A DNA stretch of 64,000 bases. Origin: Chiloscyllium plagiosum. Lineage: Eukaryota. Positions 52,759-64,000 of this stretch are shown here, in pieces. The notes beneath the pieces are model-generated. The model searched no databases. It saw nothing but the letters and a program-made list of their open reading frames with translations, and had not been told where the DNA came from. The stretch's first letter is position 1. Each line of letters begins with the position of its first letter. The stretch is taken from assembly GCF_004010195.1 (NCBI RefSeq), contig NC_057718.1, positions 47,305,535-47,369,534 on the forward strand. The letters are read 5' to 3'. Position numbers and translations under genes: made by a program.

Positions 52759-53670
52759 CTAGGGGGCAAGATATCATATTCAGTAATTTGTCAATTAAGC
52801 AGTTATGATTTTTTAAAATTACACATTAAATGCAATAACTACACACTGAAGTACTGCAAAATATATTCCTCACCTTTTATGTTAGAGTTCATTAACTGAA
52901 AATTTATTACCTTGAAATTTTACCCTATTACTTTACATAAAATATCAAACTGACATACAGAATTCTACACAACAAAATTCGATTTGGAGATGTTTATCGG
53001 AACATTATTCTCTATTTTTGATTGTTTTAACCTCTCAGGTAATGTGATCCAAAAGACTTCCCAAAACTATCCAAGTGCCAGATTTCCAATTACCATTTAA
53101 AGATCTATTTGGACTGGTTTACTGATGTGTGGATATGGCATACTTACAAATAAACATTGTTCCTGTGACAGAGGCCTCAGAATGACAAATATGGATACTC
53201 AATGTTGGCAGATAAAGCTTTTTGTGGAATGGTAGGATTCAAGATGGCGCCAACACAAGGTGACTCCTTGCGAACTCCCTATAGCAGATCTAACTCTAAC
53301 ATTTCTTGTAACTGTTCTACACTTTTATCTGTATGTCCTTACTTACTATGATCTGCCTGTACTGCTCGCAAACAAAGCTTTTCACTGAACTTAGGTACAC
53401 ATGACAATAAAATTAATCAACAAAAAAAAACAGCCTACTTGACAAAGCTGTGAAGATATTTTTGACAATATGTTGGAGCTTGTGGATAACTTGAACTTGG
53501 AGCTTCAACTAAAGCTATCTTTATGCAATAAGTTAGCCACCATAGCCACATGTGGCTATTTAGATACTCAGGTGAGGATAATTTTAAAGTAAGTAAAAAA
53601 TGAATATTAGACACTGTTGGATGGCATTTGATCAACAGTCAGCATAAGTATAGGTATTTCAGCTTAAAGT

Positions 53671-53965
53671 CAGAGTCATACAGCATAGTAAAAGATCCTT
53701 CAGTCCAACTCGTGCATGCCAACCAGATATCCTAAATTAATCTAGTCTGATTTGCCAGCATTTGGCCCATATCCCTGTAAACCCTTCCTCTTCCTGTACC
53801 AAGCCAGATGCCATTTAAAATGTTGTAATTATACCAACCTGCCCTTCCTCCAGGAGCTCGTTCCATACACGCACCGCCTTCTGCATGAAAAAGTTGCCCT
53901 TTAAGTTCTTTTTACATTTTTCCCCCTGTCACCTTAAACCTATGCCCTTTAAATTTGGACTCATC
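53671..53965 (-). mobile_element. HER1/CR1 3' fragment in ATF3 intron 3
   Basis: agagtcatacagcat...ccttcagtccaactcgtgcatgccaaccagatatcc, the same tail as other HER1 copies. Confidence 0.8.
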
Positions 53966-54487
53966 TTAGTATGCTTGCCAGTAAAATCCCAAAATAAAAG
54001 GCAGAGTGCAAGAGTTTTTATTGTTAAGTGTACCTTATTTCCTTGCCTTTAGTTTTTTTGATGAGTGTTTTGTATTTGCCATCTAGCTTTTAGTGATTTG
54101 TGTACATATTCACCAAAGCCCCTTTGTGCTTCCACTGTTTCTCATCCTTCACCGTTAAGAAAATATTCCAACTGGTTTCTTTTGGATGTAAAGTGTCTGT
54201 TGGGATTTGTCATTTTATTCAAAATAGTTAATTTACATTTTTATGGTTATCCCTATTGAGTGCCTGCTCCACCTGTATCCAATGTCTCTTATTTTAATTC
54301 CAACTTGAATAAGTAAATGTCATGTAATTAAGCAGGGAAATCTCCAAATGCAATAGTTAGACAGCATGGAGTTTGGCAGAAATCACCATTAACTATAGTA
54401 ATAGTGATCAATAATATGCTGATGGAACATAATAAATTAATTCAGTTCAGGGAAGCTAGAAAGCTTAGTTAAGAAAAAATAACCTGC

Positions 54488-55859
54488 AAGATTTGTGAAG
54501 GTTTGTAGCTCAGGTTGAGGTTTAGGGTGTAGGTTTGCTCACTGAGCTGTAGGTTTGATATCCAGACATTTCATTACCTGGCTCAGTAACATCATCAGTG
54601 GCGACCTCCAAGTGAAGCGAAGCGGTTATCTCCTGCTTTCTATTTATATGTTTATCCTGGATGGGGTTCCTGGGATTTGTGGTGATGTCATTTCCTGTTC
54701 GTTTTCTGAGGGGTTGATAGATGGTATCTAGATCTATGCATTTGTTTATGGCATTGTGGTTGGAATGCCAGGCTTCTAGGAATTCTCTGGCATGTCTTTG
54801 CTTAGCCTGTCCCAGGATAGATGTGTTGTCCCAGTCGAAATGGTGGGTGTAGGGCTACGAGGGAGAGAGGGTCGTGTCTTTTTGTGGCTAGCTGGTGTTC
54901 GTGTATCCTGGTGGCTAACTTTCTTCCTGTTTGTCCTACAAAGTGTTTCTGGCAGTCCTTGCATGGAATTTTGTAGACGACGTTGGTTTTGTCCATCGGA
55001 TGTACTGGGTCTTTTAAGTTTGTTAGTTTTTGTTTGAGAGTGTTGGGTTTGTGTGCTACTAGGATTCCGAGGGGTCTTAGTAGTCTGGCTGTCATTTCTG
55101 AAACTTCTTTGTTGTATGTTCGAAGTTCGCCTGTGCTGCAGTGTGTGGTGGCTCATTGGAATAGTGTTCTGATACAGCTTCGTTTGTGTGTGTTGGGATG
55201 GTTGCTGGTGTAGTTAAGTATTTGGTCAGTGTTTGTCGGTTTTCTGTATATGCAGGTTTGTAGTTCTGCGTTATCCGTTCTTTCGACTGTGACATCCAGG
55301 AATGTGTGTTTGTTGTCAGTTTCTACCTCCTTGGTGAACTTTATGTCTGTAAATGTGTTGTTGATGATGTTAAATGTCTCTTCTATCTTGTTTCATTTTG
55401 TGATGACAAAGGTGTCATTTACGCAGATTTTTGGTTTGATGGTTGGTAGGGCTGTTTGTTCTAGTCTTTGCATTACCGCTTCTGCTATGAATCCTGACCC
55501 TCTCTCCCTCGTGACCCTACACACAGAGAAAAAAACCCATCATTTTGACTGGGACAACACATCTATCCTGGGACAGGCTAAGCAAAGACATGCCAGAGAA
55601 TTCCTAAAGGCCTGGCACTCCAACCACAATGCCATAAACAAACACATAGATCTAGATACCATCTATCAACCCCTCAGAAAATAAACAGGAAATGACATCA
55701 CCACAAATCCCAGGAACCCCATCCAGGACAAACATAGAAATAGAAAGGAGACAACAGCTTCGCTTTACTTGGAGGTCGCCACTGATGATGTTACCTAGCC
55801 AGGTAATGAAACGTCTGGATATCAAACCTACAGCTCAGCGAGCAAACCTACACCCTAAA
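54488..55859 (-). mobile_element. Poseidon-type Penelope-like element with inverted 3' copy, in ATF3 intron 3
   Basis: Minus strand reads TARLLRPLGILVAHKP...NVVYKIPCKDC...VGQTGRKLATRIHEHQLA (GIY-YIG). 55496-55859 is the reverse complement of about 54521-54873. AAAAAATAA flanks both sides (possible TSD). Confidence 0.9.
55779..55818 (+). ncRNA. Minimal type-I hammerhead ribozyme motif (intact core)
   Basis: CCA-CTGATGA-T-GTTACCT agcc AGGTAAT-GAAAC-GTC-TGG: stem I CCA/TGG, 7-bp stem II, palindromic ACGT stem III, GUC cleavage triplet ending at 55815. Confidence 0.7.
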
Positions 55860-56535
55860 AAATAATCTCTTTACCAGGAGATAACTAAAAAATGGCCATG
55901 TTTAAGCCTCTGTCACAGGATATAACACAAAGTGCAAGTATTCTACTTGTAGTAGCCAACTCATCCAGTAGGATTTTATTTTAGATCATTCATTGCATAT
56001 GTAGATTGTAGCTGTCCAGAAAGTGGCACCACAATTAGAGTTAACTGGGAATTAATAATACCTCTAAATGACAAAAATGAAGTGCGTCTCCAGACAGGGC
56101 CTTGAGACATTTATGTTCCATCATTGACACCTGTTAATCCTACCTGTCTTTCTCCTTTTGAAATTATTTTTCAGTTTCATTTTCCTCATAAATGTCCCAC
56201 AAGAAATTAATTACACATTTCTTCAGTTCTACTTCAGTCAGTTGAAACCTAAGATCACATCGCAAAATTCAATGCCAAATAGTCCGTATGCTACATCTAA
56301 TGTAGAAATACTGTGGAAACAAGGTCATTTTATGTAAGGAATAACATCTTCCTGGCTAATTAAACATTAGTGCTTTGGAAACAATGTGAACAGCACAGTT
56401 TTGTTTTAAGGAGACAATTTTCCCATGCTATGGCCATGTAGGTAATGATAGACTGTTTCTGTCAAATCAGAACAATGCAGTTTCCATAATCACCCATAAC
56501 TCAGGCCAAAAAAATTGTGCACCTGAGTGACTTAC

Positions 56536-56643
56536 TTTTTGTAAAATGTCCGTCCTTTCCTTCTTCTTATTTCGACATTTAGCTGCTGCTATTTTATTTC
56601 TTTCCCTCCTCCGTCTTCTTCGTTCATCTTCCTGTGGTGTCAC
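56536..56643 (-). CDS. ATF3: ATF3 second coding exon (36 codons, bZIP basic region)
   Basis: Acceptor cttttag|, 108 nt reading [36 protein letters not shown], donor |gtaagt. In frame with both neighbouring exons. Too short for the ORF track, so read manually. Confidence 0.97.
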
Positions 56644-56818
56644 CTAAAAGAACGAATATCTAAACTCACTTTCTCAGATTTGTAAAATGATGGCAATGCC
56701 TTACAATCTAAAATTAAGTAAGATCCTTATTTGCTTGCACTGTTGCAACGTTTTAGGTTTAGTGTTCACATTATAGTAAAATTTTAGTATTTCCAATCTA
56801 TACATTTAATTAACATAC

Positions 56819-57049
56819 CTTTTTCTCTACTGTTTCACTTGAGTTCTCAGTTGCTGTTAAATAATCCATGCTTGAGGATCCATTTGATATCCGTTTGCTT
56901 TGAATGGCAAATCGCAGCTCTTCTTTGACCAAAGGGGTAATGTTTGTAAACTCATCAAATACCAAAGACATTGAAGGCGAAATACATGGAACTACTGCTG
57001 CTGTACTGACATCTGATGCAGATGATTGTCCTATGTGTTGGAGCATCAT
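56819..57049 (-). CDS. ATF3: ATF3 first coding exon (77 codons)
   Basis: Translates MMLQHIGQSSASDVSTAAVVPCISPSMSLVFDEFTNITPLVKEELRFAIQSKR...VEKK, matching the vertebrate ATF3 N-terminus (MMLQHPGQ...TPFVKEELRFAIQNK). Ends at phase-0 donor AAG|GTATGT. A polypyrimidine tract plus CAG acceptor lies just upstream of the ATG (57054-57067). Confidence 0.97.
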
Positions 57050-60000
57050 GGTACTGGCTGAAAAAGGATAAAATTATGAAGAAATTATTCAAGGCATTTG
57101 GATTAAAATCAAGTTTTCACATATTTGTTTCTCAGCATTTTTCTTAGCTTACATCGCTCTCTTCACTTCACCAACATGCGCCTACGTCGATCAAGAATAT
57201 GCCATTCAGAAATATCCAAACGTAGCCTCAAACTGATGGTCTCTCACCTCCTCTCTCTGGGCAAATGCCTTGAGTCTATCCAGCCCAAACACCCAGGTGA
57301 AATGGAAAATCCCAGACCAGACCATAACTTAGATTCTACTCCATGTGTAACACTACTACTTTTTTTAAAAAATTGCTATTATTGTTGCTATATGAAGCTT
57401 GCATAACTATTTCTAAAATATAAATGATTGAGGGATGGGAAAAATCAGTGGACTTTTGGAGGACAGTGGCTGATGGACCCGAGGTGAAAAGGAAGATTAC
57501 CTCCCTCCCCCAAATTTCTTGGCAACAGACCAAAGAGTGAGACCTAGAGGGCCTCAAACCTGGCTCAGGGAAAATGCAACAAAGTTTTAGGCAGGAAGAA
57601 AAGCACATATGGCGCTACTCTCAACTTTTCCCTCCCATTTTACTGTAAACCCGCTCCTGGGATGTAAATTCTCCTCATGCATTTTTGGCACGTATCCTCA
57701 TCCACTGCAGAAAGAACTGACTTCCCATTTATTAAAATGAACACAATTGGATAAAGTCCAGGTTTGTATTTTCATTGAGCGAGGCTGCCCACTAGAAGTG
57801 CATACTTATGAACTGTTCCTACGATAAAAGCATTTGAAGAAGTTGTATATATAACTAAAGAAAAGCATTGAAGAGAAACAGATCTTAGTGTTTGGATGAT
57901 TTATCTGCCATCAGGCAACAATATTCAAATCAGCCCTGTTTGTTCTGAAAAGCAATGTTCACTTCCAGTCTGTATTATTTGCTATAGTGACTACTGTCAG
58001 AGTGAGCGTTAAATGTGAAGGTCACTCACCTTTTAAGTAATTAAAAAGTAATTAGCACTAGACTACAAGGGTCCATAGACATCTCTCTTGCTTAGAGAGA
58101 AAGAATTGGTTATACATAGCTTGATGGACAGCACTCCACCTGCATGGGGCAAGCCAAGAGAGCAAATCTCCTTGCATGATTGTGCCTGTTGTAACCTTGG
58201 CCAATCATTGCACCTTTTTCACAGCACTGTCCAAAGTTTGGTGACTCAGCACAGACTGAGGACCAAGCTTAGTGACTCCACTGTTTATTCAGCATGGTAA
58301 TCTCAAACAACAGGCCAAAATTAAAACAATAAAACCAGTGCAAAGACGGAATGATTTTCATTTTGTCAATTGGCTCTATATTATGTTTCTCCCCCTCCGT
58401 AAAAGGCTTTTTAGTGCATCTTGACTGAACTCAATCTCAGTTTCTCAAACTAAAAATATGCAAGTGTTTGAATCCCTGTATCATGCAATTCTTCAATTGA
58501 GTCTGCTCTTACTGGGTAACTTTCTGAAATATTCTGCATTATAAAGTGTTGTGTAAATGCGGGCAGATTTGCCTACCCTTTTGTTCACTCAGGAATGAAC
58601 ATCCTTCTCCTGCAAGTGTTGTTGTAACTCAAGCATTAATCTGGAATTGGCACCATATAGAAATACCCAGAATCAATTCAAAGCCAATTTGAAAATATTG
58701 TACATATCCAAGCAACAGGGAGATGCCAATGAAGATGTGACGTTTCACTGTTTTATGAAAATCTGTTATAGCTATGAGATTAGAAGACAGCTGTTCTTTG
58801 ACTATTCAGTATGAACCCTTGCTCAATGTAGTCCTGTCAACGCCTCAGTGATTAATCATTCATTCTGTTACATGATCGACTAGGAATGTTTTTGGTCAGA
58901 TCTTAGGGTTGCATTCTGTACACAGTACTTCCGCTTCCATTCCTAATCGTTGCCACAATTAGGAATATGTTTTTCAGCAGTTAGGGCAGTGAGTTACAAA
59001 GACACATATAAGTTTGAATTCATTATAAACATATCTCATTGATCTCTACATGTGTTGCTCATGACATTGCTTGACATCATGCTCAGGTAGTGAGTAAATG
59101 GAATTGGGTACAATACAAAGGACAAAATACTCCTTCAGTTGCCCGTATGTGCTTGCTTACTGTTTAATTCAAGGTAGCAGCACAGTTCAATAGTTTACCC
59201 ACAATATATACATTCAGAATCTCTATACCGTGTTGCCAAACATGTTGCCACATTGATGGAGAAGGGAGATCAGAGATGGGGGGGACTGAAGAAAATTCCA
59301 AGAAGAGAGGGAGGGAGGTTTTTTAAAAAATATTGTTCACAGATGTGGGCATCACTGGCAAGACCAGCCTTTACTACCAATCACAAATTGTTCTCAAACA
59401 AAGGCGATGAGTCATCTTTTTGAACCACTGAAATCCATGTGGTATAAACACATCCACCCATTCCCATTACAAGGATATTTTTTCCTTGCTCCCATCACAG
59501 AAACCATTAGTACCATGTTCCCCTCACTTGACAGTTTACATATTCACCACTTCTCTCAGAACTCCTGCCTCACTTCATATTCCTCACCCTTCATTCCTAG
59601 TCAGCCACTTCACGCTGATTGTAAAAGTTAACAGATTACGAACGAACTGGAGTTGCCAAGATCAGAAACCCACCTGGCAGGAACAGGCAGTTCCCTAAGG
59701 AAGGAAGGAATAAATAAACAAACAAACACACTATTGCATCATATTGTTCTAACTAGTTGAAAACAATCCTCATGGTGGCAACTGTTATTTATGGAGGCAG
59801 AAGTGTTATATTCAGGATGGAACCCTGAATTCTTCTCCATTTCATCAATCACCAGTCACTAACTCTCCCCTTCTCTTTTGTATGACAATCATTGAGAGCA
59901 GAGAACCAGTCAATGTCACGATTGAGAGTAATTTGTAGCAGTAAATACTTATATACATGCCTGAGCTAAAAACATTGGGCACTGAAGTTTGGGGATTCAG

Positions 60001-60871
60001 TGAACTCCAACTGTCTGAACTCCCACACTTGCCCTCTGACCAAGTAGCGGTTATTGCAGGATGTAGTCAGGAGTCAGATCCTAACAGATAAAAATGATTT
60101 ATTTTCAAAAATCAAGGAGATAAAATCTCTCCAGGTCTTAGCATGTGGGTTTCACACTCATTCTAACCCCAATCCTGATCAGAGTTAAAAATCAAAGCTA
60201 CAGACAGGGTTAATCAGGTATCGCAACTGAAGTTTTCAAAAAATTATGACTAATTTGTATAACGTCTCATTTTCAGAGATGCATTTCTCTTGCCACAACT
60301 CCCCCAATCTTCGTACTTTCATCAGAAGTTCAGCAAAAGCAGCAGTTACTTGCCTATGTAGAGTTTCTGCCAAAGTTCCAGCAGTCAATCTCAAGAGTCC
60401 AAAGTCTGTGGTTGTATATAATGTGAACTTTGACTTCGTAGCAGAATTCAGATTTAGTGGTTGTGGGGCCCTAGCCTCATTTGAGAAACTGGAGCACATA
60501 ACTTAGGTGATATTTTAAAACTGTTTTCAGTGCTGAGTTTTTAAAGGAAGTGTCTTTCAGCTGAGAAGCTGCATCAAGAGATCCCAATAGCTAAAAAGGA
60601 ATAGGATTTAAAATGCATTAGGGACATGTCTGTTATTGCCCAATGCATTTCTGATCTCACTGGTGCCAGATTTAAATTTGCAAATCATAGACTCATACAG
60701 CATGGAAGCAGTTCCTTTGGCAGTTCCTTTGGTCCAACCAGTCCATGCCAACCATGTTCCCAAACTAAGCCCACCTGCCTGTGCTTGGCCCATTTCCCTC
60801 CAACCCTTTTCTATTCATGATCTTATCCAAATGTCTTTTAATTGTTATAACTGTTCTCATTCACCACTATC

Positions 60872-61185
60872 TTAGATTAGATTACTTACAGTGTGGAAAC
60901 AGGCCCTTTGGCCTAACCAGTCCACACCGACCCGCCGAAGCGCAACTGACCCATACCCCTACATTTACCCCTTCACCTAACACTATGGGCAATTTAGCAT
61001 GGCCAATTCACCTAACCTGCACATCTTTGGACTGTGGGAGGAAACCGGAGCACCCGGAGGAAACCCACGCAGACACAGGGAGAATGTGCAAACTCCACAC
61101 AGTCAGTCGCCTGAGTCAGGAATTGAACCCGGGTCTCTGGCGCTGTGAGGCAGCAGTGCTAACCACTGTGCCACCGTGCCGCCCA
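60872..61185 (-). mobile_element. Young HE1 SINE with (AATCT)n tail
   Basis: Full-length and CpG-retaining. Plus strand begins ttagattagattac. Confidence 0.92.
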
Positions 61186-61649
61186 ATCTCTGGCAGTTAA
61201 TTCCATACACAAACAACCCTGTAAAAAAAATTTGCCCCCATGTCTTTAAATCTTTCTCCTCGCATCTTAAAAATATGTCCCCTAGTTTTGAACTCCCCTA
61301 CCCTGGGGGAAAAAAACACTTGCTATTCTACCTTATTTATGCCTCCCCATGATTTTATAAACCTCATTAAGGTCACTCCTCAACCTCTTATGCTCCAGTG
61401 AAAAAAAGACCCAGTCTTTCCAGTCTATTTTTATATCTCAAACACTCCATTCTGGGCAACATCCTGACAATCTTTTCTGAACCCTCTCCAGTTGAATAAT
61501 ACCCTTCTTATAAACAGGGAGACCAGAACTGCATACAGTACTCCAGAAGTGGCCTCACCAATATACTGTACAACCTCAGCAAGCTGTCCCCAACTCCTAT
61601 ACTGAAAGATCTGAACAATGAAGGCAAATGTGCTAAATGCCTTCTTAAG

Positions 61650-61966
61650 TGGGCGGCACGGTGGCACAGTGGTTAGCACTGCTGCCTCACAATGCTAGAG
61701 ACCCGAGTTCAATTCCCGCCTCAGGCGACTGACTGTGTGGAGTTTGCACATTCTCTCCGTGTCTGCGTGGGTTTCCTCCGGGTGCTCCGGTTTCCTCCCA
61801 CAGTCCAAAGATGTGCAGGTTAGGTGAATTGGCCATGCTAAAATGCCCGCAGTGTTAGGTAAGGGGTAAATGTAGGGGTATGGGTGGGTTGCGCTTCGGT
61901 GGAGCGGTGTGGACTTGTTGGGCCAAATGGCCTATTTCCACACTGTAAGTAATCTAATCTAATCTA
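61650..61966 (+). mobile_element. Young HE1 SINE with (AATCT)n tail
   Basis: tgggcggcacggtggcacagtggttagc...cacactgtaagtaatctaatctaatct. Confidence 0.92.
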
Positions 61967-63704
61967 AACACCCTGTCGACCTGTGATGCAAATTTCAAAG
62001 AATTGTGTACCTGAACCTTAGGTCTCTGTTCTACAACACTACCAGGGTCCTACCATTAATTGTACAAATCCTGACCTTGGTTGCATTACCAAAATGCCAT
62101 GACTTCACATTTATCCAAATTAAACTCCATCTGCCACTCCTTAGTCCATTGGCCCAATTGAACAAGATCTCTTTGTAATCATAGATAACTTTCTTCACTA
62201 TCCACTACACCACCAATTTTGGTGTCATCTGCAAATTTACTAACCATGCCTCCTATACTCTCATCCAAACCATTTATATAAATGACAAAAAAAAAAGTGG
62301 ACCCAGGACCGATCCCTGTGGAATACCACTGGTCACAGGCTGAAAAACAGCCTTCCGCCACCACCCCTTGTCTCCTAATAAGTATCCCATTGGCATGCTC
62401 ACCCTGAATCCCATATGATCCAACGTTACTAATTAGTAAACTATGCAGAACTTTGTCAAAGGCTTTACTAAAGTCCAAGTAAACAACATCTACCATCTGC
62501 CCTCAATCTTTTTGGTTACTTCATTAAAAAACTCAATCAAGTTTGGGAGACATGATTTTCCTTGCACAAAGCCATAGTGATGATCCTTAATCAATCGTTA
62601 CTTCTCCAAATGCATGTCAATCCTATCTTTCAGAATCACCTTCAATAAATTGCCCACCAACGGCAGACTGACAGGTCTATAGTTTCCAGGCTTCTCTTTG
62701 CAGACTTTCTTTAAACAACAGCACAACATTAGCCACACTCCAGTCCTCTGGTACCTCACCAGTATGTGTAAACAGGAGAGTAGTTTGAATTTTGCAAATC
62801 TAACTGTTGCTCAAACAATAAAATTATGGTCCTACAGTTTATTTCTGTACTAGCAACTTATTTATTGTCAGGTCTGCAAAACACAACAAAATTCCAAATT
62901 TCCTCTTCTCTTTAGAGTGGTATTGTCATCCTGTAAGTGGTGGCCTGATTTATAGATAAATAAGTACAAACTGTAACAGATTGCTGACATGATCACATCA
63001 CACAAAGTTCATCCAAACTAATTTACTAATCTTCTGTAAAAATGGAAAGAGAAAATTAAACATTCTATCAGATATTCTTCAGCTGTTAGTACAAATGTCC
63101 CAATATATAATTATATCATGGTGATTTTATTCAAACAACTTAGATCAACTTACTGGAAGAATCCATTTGCAAACAGTACTATTAATTTTACCCATAAGCA
63201 CTCACAGCAATAAATCAACATCACTCGATCCTGCAGTGCTATGCAAAATCCAACAACAGGAAGGTGACATAACACTAGCATGCAGACGTGAATGACAGTT
63301 AATTAAAATGTCTGCCAGTAAATAGCTGTGAAATCAACAGACTGCTGCAGTTCATTGCACTTGGCATTCAAAACAAATATCAATAGAAATGAGTTCTCCA
63401 GCAGTCTATAACACTACGGATTGATACTTATCTAGAACAATTTATGACCATAATATACACTTCAACAGATTCCTAATAGTTTAAAAATATCAATACCAAA
63501 GACTGAGTTTACTGAATAATCTGGAGATAATGTTCTGTTGTTTAAATGACAGTTTGGGCTATTTTATCATACCAAATGTAAAACTTTCTGATGATAGTGG
63601 ATACCACCTTCATACAGAATCACAGTAAAAACAGTGAAAGGTCAAGATTGCAGTTTCTCTTTCTCTCTCTAATGTTTTAAATTCACTTCTTTTGAATATT
63701 GTTT

Positions 63705-64000
63705 TGGAAGATGGTGGTGTAGTAAGTAATGTTACTGGATGAGTAATCCAAACCCGCAGTCTATTGCTCTGGGGACATGGGTCAAAATTAAGAAATTTTG
63801 GAATTTAAAACAAAACTAGCATAAAGGCAACTATGTAACTGCTGTTGATTATCATAAAATCCAATTTAGTTCACTAATATGCCTTAGGGTAAGAAATCTG
63901 TCATCCTTACCTGGTCTGGCCTTCATGTGACTCCAGAGGCAGTACAATGTGATTGACTCTTAACTGCTCCCTGGACAGTTGGGGATGTGCAATTGGTACT
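63705..64000 (+). mobile_element. tRNA-headed SINE-like repeat (family not named)
   Basis: ggtggtgtagt...gttactggatgagtaatcc head and ccttacctggtctggcc...tgactccag body. Related minus-strand pieces lie at about 10440-10620. Confidence 0.5.

Larger units (their letters stand above)
60625..62760 (-). mobile_element. HER1/CR1 LINE 3' part (RT to tail) interrupted by two HE1 SINEs
   Basis: VDVVYLDFSKAFDKV...SKFADDTKIGGVVDSEE (62179-62496). Tail at about 60685-60790. Confidence 0.9.

Noticed and set aside
52561..57049. Alternative assignment as JDP2 or a FOS-family gene
   Set aside because: The N-terminus MMLQH...KEELRFAIQ and C-terminus RAQNGRTPEDE.NLFIQQIKEGTLQ are ATF3-specific.
57060..64000. 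ATF3 exon 1 and promoter
   Set aside because: No CpG island or TATA-plus-CRE arrangement is visible. It probably lies beyond the window end.
1..64000. CRISPR arrays, operons or other prokaryotic systems
   Set aside because: The sequence is vertebrate, with spliceosomal introns and SINEs/LINEs. No regularly spaced repeat-spacer array is present.

Overview
Eukaryotic, repeat-rich, CpG-depleted vertebrate genomic DNA with one 500-N scaffold gap. It is most likely from an elasmobranch (shark), inferred from many HE1-type V-SINEs and their HER1/CR1 partner LINE. The only host protein-coding gene I can support is ATF3 (bZIP stress-response factor) on the minus strand. It has three coding exons (57049-56819, 56643-56536, 52758-52561) with canonical GT-AG junctions, encodes 178 aa, and has an AATAAA at 51964-51969. 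Its non-coding exon 1 and promoter are not visible and probably lie beyond 64000. Most of the rest is decayed mobile DNA: a near full-length degenerate L1, CR1/HER1 fragments, about 12 HE1 SINEs, a Gypsy remnant with two LTR-like copies, a DeuSINE, a tRNA-Ser pseudogene and several Penelope-like elements (PLEs). Three observations stand out. (1) A 172-bp segment at 4005-4176 is a linearised permutation of a 170-nt self-complementary dumbbell circle (U-GCA-U'-GCA). (2) Minimal type-I hammerhead ribozyme motifs occur in the terminal repeats of at least three PLE families, including an inverted pair inside ATF3 intron 3 where only the copy antisense to ATF3 is intact. (3) A 47-bp SINE head sits between two identical 78-bp copies of L1 sequence. 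Repeat-family names come from recognised motifs, not database searches, and repeat boundaries are approximate.
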